Assembly: GCA_023434205.1 (NCBI GenBank)
Contig: JAEYTB010000176.1
Span: 1-52,913 of the forward strand
Direction: 5' to 3'
DNA length: 52,913 bases
From: Planctomycetota bacterium
Lineage (GTDB): Bacteria; Planctomycetota; Phycisphaerae; Phycisphaerales; UBA1924
The notes beneath the pieces were generated by a model. That model did no database searches. It saw only the letters and a list, made by a program, of their open reading frames with translations, and was not told the DNA's origin. A program made the position numbers and the translations under genes. Positions 1 to 9,899 of this stretch are shown here, piece after piece (positions within the stretch are counted from its first letter, which is position 1; each line of letters opens with the position of its first letter).

Positions 1-2082
1 GGTGAGGATGACCGCCGCAACGCGCGGCGGGGCGGGGGCGGGGGCGCCGGCGCCGCGGCCAAGCGTTCGAGCGGTCAGGGCGTGCCCGACCGCCGGCGCG
101 GCCGCAGCGGCACGGAGTGGGACGGCAAGACGCAGGGCATTTTCAGCGAGCAGGACCTGATCGAGCGCGAGGCGCGGCTGGCCCGGGCGGGCGGCTTCCT
201 CAAGAAGCGCAAGCAGGACCTCAAGAAGCCCGGTCAGGCGGCGGTTCCCGGGGCCCCCAGCGACGGGCGGATCCGGGTCACCGCGCCCTTCACGATCAAG
301 GATCTGTCCGCCGCGACGGGCGTCAAGGCTTCGGACATCACGAAGAAGCTCTTCATGCAGGGCATCATGCTGAAGATCAACGACCCGCTCTCGGTGGAGA
401 AGGCGGTCGAGATCATGATGGACTTCGACATTGAGCTCGAGGTCGTCGAGGCCCGGACCGCCGAGGAGGCCGTGTCGGACCAGTTCGTGAACCGGGAGCA
501 CAAGGACCTGCGGCCGCGCGGGCCGGTGGTGACGATCCTGGGCCACGTGGACCATGGCAAGACGAGCCTGCTGGACAAGATCCGCAACGCGAATGTCGCG
601 GCGGGCGAGGCGGGCGGCATCACGCAGAAGACCAGCGCCTTCGTGGCCGAGGTCTCGGTCGAGAACGAGAAGAAGCAGGTCGTGTTCCTGGATACGCCGG
701 GCCACGAGGCGTTCACGAGCATGCGGTCGCGCGGCGCGAAGATGACGGACGTGGTGGTGCTGGTGGTGTCGGCGCCCGAGGGCGTGATGCCGCAGACGGT
801 GGAGTCGATCAACCACGCGAAGGCGGCGAAGGTGCCGATGGTGGTGGCCCTGAACAAAATCGACCGGCCCGACGCGACGGATGCGCAGGTGCAGAAGACG
901 CTGGGCGAGCTGGCCAAGGCCGGGCTGAACCCGGCGGAGTGGGGTGGCGACACCGAGGTGGTGCGCACGTCCGCGGTCAGCGGCAAGGGCATCGACGAGC
1001 TGCTCACGGCGCTGGACTACCAGGCGCAGCTGCTGGAGCTCAAGGCCGACTTTGAGGGCCCGGCGCAGGGCACGGTGATCGAGGCGAAGATGGAGGAGGG
1101 CCGCGGCGCGGTCGCCAGCATCCTGCTCCAGCACGGCCGGCTGAAGGTCGGCGACTTCATCGTCATGGGCCGCGCGTTCGGCAAGGTGCGCGACATCACG
1201 GACGACAAGGGCAAGCGGGTGCGCGAGGCGGTGCCGCCGATGCCGGTGCAGGTCTCGGGCATCGACGTGGTGTGCGATGCGGGCGACAAGTTCTTCGTGA
1301 CGACGTCGCTCAAGCAGGCGGAAGAGGCCGCGGAGCAGCGGCGGCAGCGGGAGCGGCACACGGCGCTGGCCGCGCCGAAGCTCACACTGGACTCGCTGTT
1401 CAGCCAGATGCAGGCCAACCAGGGCGGGGAGACGGCGGCGAAGGAAATCCGCATCATCCTCAAGACGGACCAGCAGGGCACGGTGGACGTGCTCAAGGGC
1501 GAGTGCGAGAAGATCAAGACCGAGGAGGTCAAGACGCGGGTCATCCACGCGGCGGTGGGCGGGATCACGGAGAGCGACGTGCTGCTCGCGGACGCGTCCA
1601 AGGCGATCATCATCGGCTTCAACGTCATCCCCAGCGGCAAGGCCCGCCAGCTCTCCGAGAGCAAGGGCGTGGAGATCCGCACGTACCAGGTGATCTACGA
1701 CATCACGGACGACCTCAAGAAGGCGGCGGAGGGCATGCTGGCCCCCGAGGTCCGCGAGGAGGTCCTGGGCCACGCCGAGGTCCGCGCGGTGTTCAAGGTC
1801 ACCAAGGTGGGCAACATCGCGGGCTGCTACGTCACCGACGGCACGGTGCAGCGCGATGCGCTCATCCGTGTCACCCGCAACGGCGTGGTGGTGGAGCACG
1901 ACCGCAAGCTGGCCCAGCTGCGGCGCGTCAAGGACGACGTCAAGGAGGTCCGCGCCGGCACCGAGTGCGGCATGAAGATCGACGGCTACGACGACATCAA
2001 GGAGGGCGACGTGCTCGAGTGCTACAAGAAGGTGGAGTTCAAGCGCACGCTCGCCGGCTCCGCGGAGGCGGCCAAGAAGTAA
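1..2082 (+). CDS. infB: Translation initiation factor IF-2, 5-prime end cut by the window edge
   Basis: Frame 1 is open from base 1, so the listed M at 82 is probably internal. GTPase motifs [20 protein letters not shown] and NKID are present, with IF-2 C-terminal domains. DUF503 and rbfA follow, as in classical infB neighbourhoods. Confidence 0.95.
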   Translation, partial: GEDDRRNARRGGGGGAGAAAKRSSGQGVPDRRRGRSGTEWDGKTQGIFSEQDLIEREARLARAGGFLKKRKQDLKKPGQAAVPGAPSDGRIRVTAPFTIKDLSAATGVKASDITKKLFMQGIMLKINDPLSVEKAVEIMMDFDIELEVVEARTAEEAVSDQFVNREHKDLRPRGPVVTILGHVDHGKTSLLDKIRNANVAAGEAGGITQKTSAFVAEVSVENEKKQVVFLDTPGHEAFTSMRSRGAKMTDVVVLVVSAPEGVMPQTVESINHAKAAKVPMVVALNKIDRPDATDAQVQKTLGELAKAGLNPAEWGGDTEVVRTSAVSGKGIDELLTALDYQAQLLELKADFEGPAQGTVIEAKMEEGRGAVASILLQHGRLKVGDFIVMGRAFGKVRDITDDKGKRVREAVPPMPVQVSGIDVVCDAGDKFFVTTSLKQAEEAAEQRRQRERHTALAAPKLTLDSLFSQMQANQGGETAAKEIRIILKTDQQGTVDVLKGECEKIKTEEVKTRVIHAAVGGITESDVLLADASKAIIIGFNVIPSGKARQLSESKGVEIRTYQVIYDITDDLKKAAEGMLAPEVREEVLGHAEVRAVFKVTKVGNIAGCYVTDGTVQRDALIRVTRNGVVVEHDRKLAQLRRVKDDVKEVRAGTECGMKIDGYDDIKEGDVLECYKKVEFKRTLAGSAEAAKK

Positions 2083-2106
2083 CGCGAGCCCGGCGTGGTA
2101 CCCAGC

Positions 2107-2514
2107 ATGGTGATCGGCATCCTCCAGTTCGAGCTGCTCATCCGCGGCGCCGAGTCCCTCAAGGACAAGCGGCGGGTGGTCAGCTCGGTCAAGGACCGGC
2201 TGCACCGCGAGCACCTGGTCTCGATCGCGGAGGTCGGGCTGCAGGACCACATGTCGGTCGCCCGCCTTGCGCTGGCGCTGGTGGGGAGCGACGGCAAGCA
2301 CGTGGGGCAGACGCTGGACCGGATCACGGCCAAGCTGCGGGCCCTGCACGATGCGGAGCTTTCCGGCGTCAGCCGCGAGGTGCTCCACGAGCCCCAGGGC
2401 GAGCCGCTGCCCGAGGGGGTGGACCCGCTGGACGAGCTGCAGCACGACGCCGCCCTGGCCGAGGAGCTGAGGCGGGCGGGCGAGTCCGTGCTGGACCGGG
2501 AGGCGGGCCGTTGA
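2107..2514 (+). CDS. DUF503 (YlxP-like) protein
   Basis: MVIGILQFELLIRGAESLKDKRRVVSSVKDRL matches my recall of the DUF503 N-terminus. It sits in the typical position between infB and rbfA. An alternative GTG start lies at 2095. Confidence 0.8.
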   Translation: MVIGILQFELLIRGAESLKDKRRVVSSVKDRLHREHLVSIAEVGLQDHMSVARLALALVGSDGKHVGQTLDRITAKLRALHDAELSGVSREVLHEPQGEPLPEGVDPLDELQHDAALAEELRRAGESVLDREAGR

Positions 2515-2921
2515 GCCATCGCATCGAGCAGCTCAGCAGCGCGATCGAGCGGGGCGTCCGCGAGGTCTTCGCCCGCGGCTTCAGCGACCCGCGCATCTCG
2601 GGCCTCATCACCGTGACCAGTGTCCGCGTACTGCCGGACCTGTCGCAGGTGATCATCAATGTGTCCGTGCTGCCCCAGGAGAAGGAAACCCTGACGCTCC
2701 ACGGCCTCAGCAGCGCCGCCAAGCACATCCGGCACGAGGTGGGCGAGCTGGTGAGCACGCGCACGCTCCCCCACTTCCAGTTCCGGCTTGACTCGACCCT
2801 CAAGAAAGAGGCCGCGATTTTGAAGGAGCTCGACCGAGTCCGGCAGGACCTCGCCACGCGCCCCCCGCCGCCGGAAGTCTCTGAGACCCCCGGCCCATCC
2901 ACCGAGGACCCCGCTCCGTGA
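2511..2921 (+). CDS. rbfA: Ribosome-binding factor A
   Basis: TTG at 2511 overlaps the TGA of the DUF503 gene. The translation LSHRIEQLSSAIERGVREVF...ITVTSVRVLPDLSQVIINVSVL is RbfA-like. Only the 3-prime part of the 1272..2921 ORF is coding. Confidence 0.85.
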   Translation: MSHRIEQLSSAIERGVREVFARGFSDPRISGLITVTSVRVLPDLSQVIINVSVLPQEKETLTLHGLSSAAKHIRHEVGELVSTRTLPHFQFRLDSTLKKEAAILKELDRVRQDLATRPPPPEVSETPGPSTEDPAP

Positions 2922-3703
2922 GTGCCGATCCGACCAAAAAGCTCGCATCGCTGCTGCGCAAGCTCCGCGGCCAGCACACCGACCTGGCGGCCCCGGTCGT
3001 CACGCCCGAGCCGCCCGACGAGTTCGACCCGCTCGTGCACCAGCTCGTGTTCTCCATGCTGCTGTGGGAGGCTTCCACCGCGCAGGCCCGCAACGCCCTG
3101 AAACGCATCCGCGAGGCCGTGGTGGACTACAACGAGCTGCGGGTGTGCGTGGCGGATGAGGTCTCGCACGTCATCGGCGACAAGTACCCCCTGAGCCTGG
3201 AGCGGGCGATGCGGCTGCGCACGACGCTGCACGACATCTACCAGCGGCAGCACGCCATCAGCCTTGCCCACCTGCAGGAGCTGGGGAAGCGCGAGGCCCG
3301 CCACTACCTCGACGGCCTGGCCGGCTGCCCGCCGTTCGTGGCGGCGCGGGTGTGCCTGGTGCAGGGGCTGGGGCACGCGATCCCGGCGGATGAGCGGCTG
3401 TGCACGCTGCTGAGCGGCGAGCAGGTGCTGGAGCCCGGGACGCCGGTCGAGCAGGCCACGAGCTGGCTCGAGCACCATATCAAGGCCGAGGAGGGCCGCG
3501 AGGCCGCGCTGTTGCTGCAGGCGTGGTCCGATGAGCACGGTCACCCGCCCAAGCGGGACAAGCGGCCGGTGACTATCCAGACCCAGGCGCCCACCCAGGC
3601 GGAGCCCAAGGCCGAGGCGAAGCCACTGAAAGCCGCGAAGCCCCGAACCAAGGCCGAGCCCGCCGCGAAGAAGGCCAAGAGCAAGCCACGCTCCGGGAGT
3701 TGA
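2918..3703 (+). CDS. Hypothetical protein with a helix-hairpin-helix/EndoIII-like core and a Lys/Ala/Pro-rich basic tail
   Basis: GTG start overlaps the rbfA stop (GTGA). GC3 is coding-like. The core is helical and the C-terminal tail is PTQAEPKAEAKPLKAAKPRTKAEPAAKKAKSKP. The family assignment is weak. Confidence 0.5.
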   Translation: MSADPTKKLASLLRKLRGQHTDLAAPVVTPEPPDEFDPLVHQLVFSMLLWEASTAQARNALKRIREAVVDYNELRVCVADEVSHVIGDKYPLSLERAMRLRTTLHDIYQRQHAISLAHLQELGKREARHYLDGLAGCPPFVAARVCLVQGLGHAIPADERLCTLLSGEQVLEPGTPVEQATSWLEHHIKAEEGREAALLLQAWSDEHGHPPKRDKRPVTIQTQAPTQAEPKAEAKPLKAAKPRTKAEPAAKKAKSKPRSGS

Positions 3704-6700
3704 GCATGCACTCCACCCAGGGCACGACGCCCGCGCGACTGTTCCGTGCCTCCGCCGTGATGTGCGCCGCGGCGGGTCTGGCCGCGCTGGCCGGCTGCGC
3801 GTCGACGACGCGTCCCGCCGAGCCGCGCACGGCCGAGGCTTCGGCGGGCGCCCCGGCCCAGAACCTCTACGGCACGCTGCGGGCCCTGTCGCAGCGCCAG
3901 CAGCGCACGCCCGACGCCCGGGCCCGCACGCTCGAGCCCCCACCGGGCGTGGACGCGGGCGCGGTCGAGCCCTTCACGTCCGCTGAGACCGCGGCGACGA
4001 TGCCGGTGGAGCAGGCCCTCGCCGCGTTCGCATCGCCCGCGCCGCAGCAGGAGCGGCCCGCGGCAGGGAACCAGAACCCGCAGGCCGTGCGGCTGTACGT
4101 GAGCGGGCGGTCGAAGCTGCTCGAGGGGCAGGCGGCCCGGGCCGTGACCGACCTCGAGGCCGCGACCCGGCTGGACCCCAACTCGCCGGAGATCTGGCGC
4201 GAGCTGGGCCAGGCGCAGCTCGACCTGGGCCGGCGCACGTCCGCCATGGTCTCGTTCCAGCGTGCGCAGAGGCTGGGCCTGAACGACCCCCGCATCACGG
4301 TCCTCATCGCGCGCGAGGACATCCGCGCCCGCCGCTATGAGGAGGCCGCGCGCAAGATTACCGCGGCGCGGTATTCGCCCGAGGCGACCGCCACGCCTGC
4401 GCTGCGGCAGCTGCTCGCGATCGACCTGGCCGAGGCGCTGGGCGCGCTGGGCTACGCCCGCGCCTGCCGCGACCTGCTGGTCGAAGGCCTCTCGACGCCG
4501 GTGGCGAGCCTGAGCCAGTCCACGCTGCGGAGCGAGCTGGCCGAGGTGATGCGGCGGCGCGGGGACCTGTGGCTGCGGGCGGGCGACCTTTCGTGCCGGC
4601 TTTCGGAGTATGACAGAGCCGCGTTCGCGTACGCCGCGGCGGCCGAGTCGCCCACGCTCGACCCCCACGCGCTGGTCGCACGGCGCGTGCATGCGCAGCT
4701 GCGGCAGGGCCGCTCGGCGGATGCGGCGCTGCTGGTCGTCGAGGACATTCGGCAGTCCGAGGGGCGGGTCGAGGATCGCCACATGGCGGTGATCACGTAC
4801 CTGGCGCGGAGCACGGAGGTGGGCCCCCGGCTGGCGGACGCCATCGCCGAGCTGGCCCAGCACGGGGTGAGCAGCCCCACGCCGACGGTGCTCAACCGCC
4901 TTGCGCGGGCGACCGCCGCGGCCCTCTCGGGTGATGCGGCGCGTGCGGCGCTGCGGGCCCGCTCGGCGCAGGCGCCGTACGAGACGGACCTGGCGGTGGA
5001 CCTGCTCTCGACCTACGGCGCGGACGACGCCCGCGGCAGACTGCGCGAGTGCCTCGAGGCGGTGCAGGCCCATCCCCTTGCCGCGGATGTGTACGCGGGG
5101 GTGCTGCTCAATCGGGGCCAGGCGGTCGAGGCCACGCTGAAGTCGCTGGAGGGTGATCGCTCGCCCGCGGGCCGGCTGTTCCATGCGGCGCTGCTCTCGC
5201 GGCTAGCGCGGCCGGACCTGGCGCTGGATCGGCTCAAGGGGGAGTTCCCGCCCGCGTTTACGCCGGCCGTGCTCGCGTTCCGCGCCGGCGCGGGTGCGGC
5301 GAGCGGGCAGTGGCCGGTCGCGGAGGCCTCGGAGCGGTCGCTCGCGACGATGCAGGGCCCCGACGCGGCGCGGGCCCATGTCCACGCGCTCAAGTTCCTG
5401 CAGCAGTTCGATGCGGCGCTGGAGCGCCTGGAGGCCCTGCTCTCGGCGCCGGGCGGCCAGGTCGCCAACGACGACCTTCTGCTCGCCGCGGAACTGGCGG
5501 TCCGCTGCAACGATGCGCGGAAGGCGGAGGGCTACCTTCTGCGCGCGATCGCGTACGACCGGTTTGACGAGCGGCCGTACGAGCCCATCGTGTCGCTGTA
5601 CGCGCCGAGCGGCCCGCTGGCGGACGAGGCACGGCTGACAGGCATCGCCCGGGCGCTGCGGCAGAACATCCCTTCCAGCCGCGTGATCCGGGGGATTACG
5701 GCGCAGGAGCTGGTCACTCGCTCGCAGTGGGAGCAGGCCGAGCCGCTGCTGCTGTCGATGCTGGCGGAGTTCAACGAGAACGGCTCGGTGATGAACCTGC
5801 TGGTCACGGCGTGGGAGCGCGCGGAGGACACGCACCCGGCCATGACCGCCCGCGGCGAGCAGTGGCTGCGCTCGCGCCTGGAGTCTCGGCCTGATTCCAC
5901 GCTGCTGCTCACCTCGCTGGCCCGCGTGCTGGCGGCGCAGGGCAAGGGCGAGGAGGCGGCGGCGCTGCTGTCGGCCCGGCTCAACGTGCGCCCCACGCCC
6001 GACGTGGCGCGCATGCAGGAGTGGGTGTTGCGGGAAGCGCTGGGCAAGCCGGACGTCGCCAACCGTTTAGCGCTGGAGCGCGCCGGCGCGGCCCCCAAGG
6101 GCATCGACAACTCGATCGAGCTGGCGGAGCGGCTCGTGGATGTCGGCGACGTGGAGAAGGCGGCCCGCTCGCTGGTCGACGGCATCCCGTCAACCGTGAA
6201 GCTCACCACGGAGCAGTCTGCGCGCCTGACGGCCATCGTGGACAAGATCCGCCCCGAGACGCTGGTCCGCAAGGACCCGGCCTCCATCGCGGCGGCCATC
6301 CACCTGCTCGACCTGATCGCCGCCCGCGGCAACATGTCCGGGCAGATGCACATCACCCGCCTCACGCTGCTGGCCGTGGCGTACCCGGAGGACACGGAGC
6401 GGCTTGTGAACGCGGTGGAGGAGATGGGCAGGGCGTTCCCCGAGGCCCGCAAGCCGGCGTACGGCAGCGTGATCGCCGAGCTGCTCAAGCTTTCCGACGC
6501 TTCCGCCGCGCTGCGGTTCGCCGGGGCGGCGGCGCACCGCCTGACCCCCGCGGACCCGGACCTGTTCTTCGAGTGGTTTCGCTTGACGGCGGTGCGCGGC
6601 GACAAGGACGACTTCCAGGCGTTCGTGGACACGCTCACGAGCACGGACGGCTCGGCGTTCATCCTGACGGCGCTGACGGAGAACACCGACGAGGGGCTCA

Positions 6701-7338
6701 ACGTCCCGGAGGCGATGCAGGAGCGCAAGGCCGAGATCATGTACCACCTGGGGATGCTGCTGACCGCCGACGGGCGCGAGCCCGCGTCGGAGGATGCGTA
6801 CCGCATCTGCCTTTCGCTCAGGCCGGACCACGCGTGGGCGGCGAACAACCTGGGCTACGGCCTGCTGGAGCGCGGCGGGGACGTGCACGAGGCGTACAAC
6901 CTGATCAGCAGCGCGTACAAGCAGCTGCCGGACAACGCGAGCATCGTGGACTCGATGGGCTGGGTGATGTACAAGCTCGGCCGGCTTGAGGATGTCCGCG
7001 ACGAGCACGGCGACGTGACGCTGGGGGCCCTGTCGCTGCTCCGGCAGGCCGCCGGGGACCGGCCGGACAACGCGGTGCTGCTGGACCATTACGCCGATGC
7101 TCTGTGGCGCAGCGGCGACCCCGAACGGCGGAAGGAGGCCCAGGAGCTCTGGCGGCAGGCCGAGGACCGGCTGCGGCGCGAGGTCTCGTTCCTGCGTGCC
7201 GACGACCCTGTCTCGGCGCGGATGCGGGAGCGCAGCCAGGCGCAGCTCAACGCCGTCAAGGAGAAGCGGCGCGCCGTCTCCGAGAACCGCGAGCCGCCGG
7301 TCGCGCCGCTGGCCGAGAATATTCAACCCAAGCCCTGA
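3700..7338 (+). CDS. Large TPR-repeat lipoprotein (about 1210 aa)
   Basis: Lipobox-like AALAGC follows a hydrophobic N-terminus. TPR-like helical repeats recur, for example AWAANNLGYGLLERGGDVHEAYNLISSAY. TTG at 3700 overlaps the previous stop; an ATG alternative lies at 3706. Confidence 0.8.
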   Translation: MSMHSTQGTTPARLFRASAVMCAAAGLAALAGCASTTRPAEPRTAEASAGAPAQNLYGTLRALSQRQQRTPDARARTLEPPPGVDAGAVEPFTSAETAATMPVEQALAAFASPAPQQERPAAGNQNPQAVRLYVSGRSKLLEGQAARAVTDLEAATRLDPNSPEIWRELGQAQLDLGRRTSAMVSFQRAQRLGLNDPRITVLIAREDIRARRYEEAARKITAARYSPEATATPALRQLLAIDLAEALGALGYARACRDLLVEGLSTPVASLSQSTLRSELAEVMRRRGDLWLRAGDLSCRLSEYDRAAFAYAAAAESPTLDPHALVARRVHAQLRQGRSADAALLVVEDIRQSEGRVEDRHMAVITYLARSTEVGPRLADAIAELAQHGVSSPTPTVLNRLARATAAALSGDAARAALRARSAQAPYETDLAVDLLSTYGADDARGRLRECLEAVQAHPLAADVYAGVLLNRGQAVEATLKSLEGDRSPAGRLFHAALLSRLARPDLALDRLKGEFPPAFTPAVLAFRAGAGAASGQWPVAEASERSLATMQGPDAARAHVHALKFLQQFDAALERLEALLSAPGGQVANDDLLLAAELAVRCNDARKAEGYLLRAIAYDRFDERPYEPIVSLYAPSGPLADEARLTGIARALRQNIPSSRVIRGITAQELVTRSQWEQAEPLLLSMLAEFNENGSVMNLLVTAWERAEDTHPAMTARGEQWLRSRLESRPDSTLLLTSLARVLAAQGKGEEAAALLSARLNVRPTPDVARMQEWVLREALGKPDVANRLALERAGAAPKGIDNSIELAERLVDVGDVEKAARSLVDGIPSTVKLTTEQSARLTAIVDKIRPETLVRKDPASIAAAIHLLDLIAARGNMSGQMHITRLTLLAVAYPEDTERLVNAVEEMGRAFPEARKPAYGSVIAELLKLSDASAALRFAGAAAHRLTPADPDLFFEWFRLTAVRGDKDDFQAFVDTLTSTDGSAFILTALTENTDEGLNVPEAMQERKAEIMYHLGMLLTADGREPASEDAYRICLSLRPDHAWAANNLGYGLLERGGDVHEAYNLISSAYKQLPDNASIVDSMGWVMYKLGRLEDVRDEHGDVTLGALSLLRQAAGDRPDNAVLLDHYADALWRSGDPERRKEAQELWRQAEDRLRREVSFLRADDPVSARMRERSQAQLNAVKEKRRAVSENREPPVAPLAENIQPKP

Positions 7339-7356
7339 GACCTAAAGGACCTTCCC

Positions 7357-8112
7357 GTGGCCGGCCATAACAAGTGGAGCAAGATCAAGCACCGGAAGGC
7401 GGTCGTGGACAAGCGCCGCGGCAAGGTGTGGACGAAGATCAGCAAGGCGATCATCGTGGCCGCCAAGCACGGGGGGCCGGACCCGGATGCAAACCTGACG
7501 CTGCGGTACGCGATCGACGAGGCCCGCTACGCCAACATGCCGCGGGACACCATCGAGCGGGCCATCAAGAAGGGGGCCGGCGGGGGCGACACCGCCAACT
7601 ACGAGACGATCCGCTACGAGGGCTACGCGCCGGGGGGCGTGGCGGTCATCATCGACGCCCTCACGGACAACCGGACGCGGACCATCACCGATGTTCGCAA
7701 CGCCTTCAGCGACGTGGGCGGCAACGTGGGCGCCTCGGGGTGCGTGGCGTACATGTTCCAGCCGCGCGGGCAGATCATGTTCGCCGCGAAGGGGGTGTCC
7801 GAGGAGCGGGCCATGGAGCTGGCGATCGAGGCCGGCGCGCTGGACGCGCAGCCCCCCGACGACCCGGCGGAGGACGAGGCGGCGTGGACGATCCTGACGG
7901 AGGTCGCGGCGTTCAACGGCGTGAAGGAGCACCTGGAGAAGGTGGGCCTGACAATCACGTCGGCGGAGCTGACGATGGTGCCGGAGAACAGCGTGGCGGT
8001 GTCGGGCCAGCAAGCGAAGGAGGTCCTCGAGCTCATTGAAGCGCTCGAGGACCTCGACGACGTCCAGAAGGTGTACAGCAACGCGGACATCGCCGACGCG
8101 CCGCTGGAGTAG
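7357..8112 (+). CDS. yebC: YebC/PmpR family DNA-binding regulator
   Basis: The GTG-initiated translation (M)AGHNKWSKIKHRKAVVDKRRGKVWTKISKAI is the family hallmark. Confidence 0.9.
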   Translation: MAGHNKWSKIKHRKAVVDKRRGKVWTKISKAIIVAAKHGGPDPDANLTLRYAIDEARYANMPRDTIERAIKKGAGGGDTANYETIRYEGYAPGGVAVIIDALTDNRTRTITDVRNAFSDVGGNVGASGCVAYMFQPRGQIMFAAKGVSEERAMELAIEAGALDAQPPDDPAEDEAAWTILTEVAAFNGVKEHLEKVGLTITSAELTMVPENSVAVSGQQAKEVLELIEALEDLDDVQKVYSNADIADAPLE

Positions 8113-8115
8113 GTC

Positions 8116-8481
8116 TCAGGCGCTCTGCGCTCCGGCGTGGGACTGCTCGTAGTGCTCGACGGCCCGCGCGACGACGGGTGCGTAAACGTACGCGGGCCCG
8201 CCGCCCATCATGACCGCGACGCCCGCCGCGTCCATGACCTCGGCGCCCGACCAGCCGAGCTTCATCGCCTTTTCCACGTGCGAGTAGATGCACGGCTCGC
8301 AGCGCGTGGCGACGGAGATCCCCACCGCGAGGAGCTCCTTGGTCTTGGCGGTCAGGGCGCCGTCCTTCATGAGGCCCTGGAAGAAGGGGCCGAAGGCCCG
8401 CCCGATCTCGGGGCTGCGCGCCTTCATCGCGTTCATCTCGCCCGGCCACTCTTCATAGAACCTGCCCGCATCGTGCAGCAT
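8116..8481 (-). CDS. Carboxymuconolactone decarboxylase (AhpD-like) family protein
   Basis: TKELLAVGISVATRCEPCIYSHVEKA carries the CxxC of the AhpD/CMD fold. I placed the start at the internal ATG (MLHDAG...) because the upstream gene ends at 8502. Confidence 0.8.
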   Translation of the reverse strand: MLHDAGRFYEEWPGEMNAMKARSPEIGRAFGPFFQGLMKDGALTAKTKELLAVGISVATRCEPCIYSHVEKAMKLGWSGAEVMDAAGVAVMMGGGPAYVYAPVVARAVEHYEQSHAGAQSA

Positions 8482-8501
8482 GACGGTCTCCTTGTGTTCG
8501 T

Positions 8502-9038
8502 TCAGCACGCGCAGCGTGCGCCGCGGTTCCACGGCATCCGCGCCACCAGCATCGCCAGCGGGCACGCGCCCGTCAGCCCCGCCATCAGCAGGCCCGCCCC
8601 GGGGACCGCGGCGACCGCGTAGAGCCACGGGTGGACCAGGGCGCCCAGCGCGATCCCCAGCAGCACGACGCCGCCGATGATCGCCTGCACCTGCCGCATC
8701 ACGCTCATCTTCGCCGCGCGGGTGTTCACCACCGTCGGCAGGCCGGCCCGCTTCCAGGCGTCGATGCCGCCCTGGAGTGAGTAGACCTCAGGCCCGGCGC
8801 AGCGGCCCGCGGCCTCCGCCGACCGCACGCCGCCCTTGCAGTGGAACACCACCCGGCCGCGGGGGAGCGACCCCGCCGACACCGTGCCCAGCGGCTTGAG
8901 CAACGCCCCCGGGATGCTCTCCCGCGCGTGCTCGTCGGGGTCACGGACGTCGATCAGCACGCACTCGCCGGCCTTGATCCAGCGGTCGACCGCTTCGGGA
9001 TCCAGCTGCTGAACTCCGTTGGACTGGGCTGTGACCAT
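8502..9038 (-). CDS. Rhodanese domain fused to a DUF2892-like membrane segment (YgaP-like sulfurtransferase)
   Basis: Rhodanese active-site loop VVFHCKGGVRSAEAA, followed by two hydrophobic helices and a C-terminal Cys-rich end. Confidence 0.8.
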   Translation of the reverse strand: MVTAQSNGVQQLDPEAVDRWIKAGECVLIDVRDPDEHARESIPGALLKPLGTVSAGSLPRGRVVFHCKGGVRSAEAAGRCAGPEVYSLQGGIDAWKRAGLPTVVNTRAAKMSVMRQVQAIIGGVVLLGIALGALVHPWLYAVAAVPGAGLLMAGLTGACPLAMLVARMPWNRGARCAC

Positions 9039-9891
9039 CGCGACCTCCTCGTGACCCTTGCGCGGGCCCCTTCTGAGAGGCGCGCCGGGCCCCGGACGTT
9101 CCCGCTTTTTCTGCGGCTTGTTTCCGGATCGCCTCCCTCAGCGAGGGGGGGAGGCTCCCCGCGGCGAGCTTTGAGCAGGCGTCCCGCACCAGGTCCAGCT
9201 CGTGGAACACCGCCCGGCACCGCCGGCACATCACCTCGTCGCCCTGCCGGAACTCCACGCCTTCGTCCAGGGAAGCGAGCTTGGCGGCGAGGAGGTCGAT
9301 GCACGCCTTGCGCTCGTACTCTGGCTCCGGCGCGGGGCGCTGGCGTGCCTTTGAGAGCAGCTCGCGCCGGACCAGCAGGCGGGCCCGGTGGACCCGGGTG
9401 CGGACCGTTTCGGGCTTGAGCTTCAGCGCGGCGGCGACCTCGCTCACGGGGAGCTCGAAGACCTCGCTGAGCACGAAGGGCACGCGGAACTGCTGGGGCA
9501 TCCGCACGATGGCCCCCTGGACGGCCTCGAGCCCTTCCCGCGCCTCGGCCCGCGCCAGCGGCGACTCCCGCAGGCCCGCGGCGCTGACCGTCGTTTCGGC
9601 GAACGGCGTCACCTGCGAGAGCGCGGGCATCCGGGTGTCGCGGCCGCCGAAGCGGCGCCGGTGCCTGCCGCGGCAGAGCCGCGCGGCGATGACGTACATC
9701 CACGTGCCCGGCGCGGCGCGGCCCTCGAAGGTCCCCCACTTCCGCTGCGCCTGCAGGAAGACCTCCTGCACCAGGTCGTCCGCGTCGTGCGGGTCGCGGC
9801 ACATCCGCAGGGCCAGGGCACGCACCTTGGGCGCGACGTCCCGGAGCAGGCCCGGCAATGCTTCCTCGAACGATGCACCGGCGTTGGTCAT
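8941..9891 (-). CDS. ECF-type sigma-70 family factor with a C-terminal Cys-containing extension (316 aa)
   Basis: Region 2 (DADDLVQEVFLQAQRKW) and region 4 (LSEVFELPVSEVAAALKLKPETVRTRVHRARLLV) are recognisable. About 130 further residues follow, with Cys at 197, 222, 225 and 239. An alternative GTG start lies at 9909. The 3-prime end overlaps the rhodanese gene by 98 nt. Confidence 0.8.
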   Translation of the reverse strand: MTNAGASFEEALPGLLRDVAPKVRALALRMCRDPHDADDLVQEVFLQAQRKWGTFEGRAAPGTWMYVIAARLCRGRHRRRFGGRDTRMPALSQVTPFAETTVSAAGLRESPLARAEAREGLEAVQGAIVRMPQQFRVPFVLSEVFELPVSEVAAALKLKPETVRTRVHRARLLVRRELLSKARQRPAPEPEYERKACIDLLAAKLASLDEGVEFRQGDEVMCRRCRAVFHELDLVRDACSKLAAGSLPPSLREAIRKQAAEKAGTSGARRASQKGPAQGSRGGRDGHSPVQRSSAAGSRSGRPLDQGRRVRADRRP

Positions 9892-9899
9892 CGGGGGAC

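Noticed and set aside
1272-2510. Upstream part of the 549-aa ORF that ends as rbfA
   Set aside because: It is out of frame inside infB and the DUF503 gene, with R/G/A-rich junk translation. RbfA similarity begins only at the TTG at 2511.
2369-5184. 524-aa and 547-aa minus-strand ORFs opposite rbfA, the HhH-like gene and the TPR gene
   Set aside because: These are antisense GC-artefact ORFs. The plus-strand genes are linked by start/stop overlaps and have recognisable domains.
8941-9038. 98-nt overlap of the ECF sigma 3-prime end with the rhodanese gene, similar to the 95-nt overlap at 28823-28917; considered as frameshift or pseudogene signs
   Set aside because: All the ORFs involved are intact, with complete domains. 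The overlapped portions are low-complexity tails or N-terminal extensions. Start-site uncertainty or genuine overlap is more parsimonious than pseudogenisation, but resequencing would settle it.
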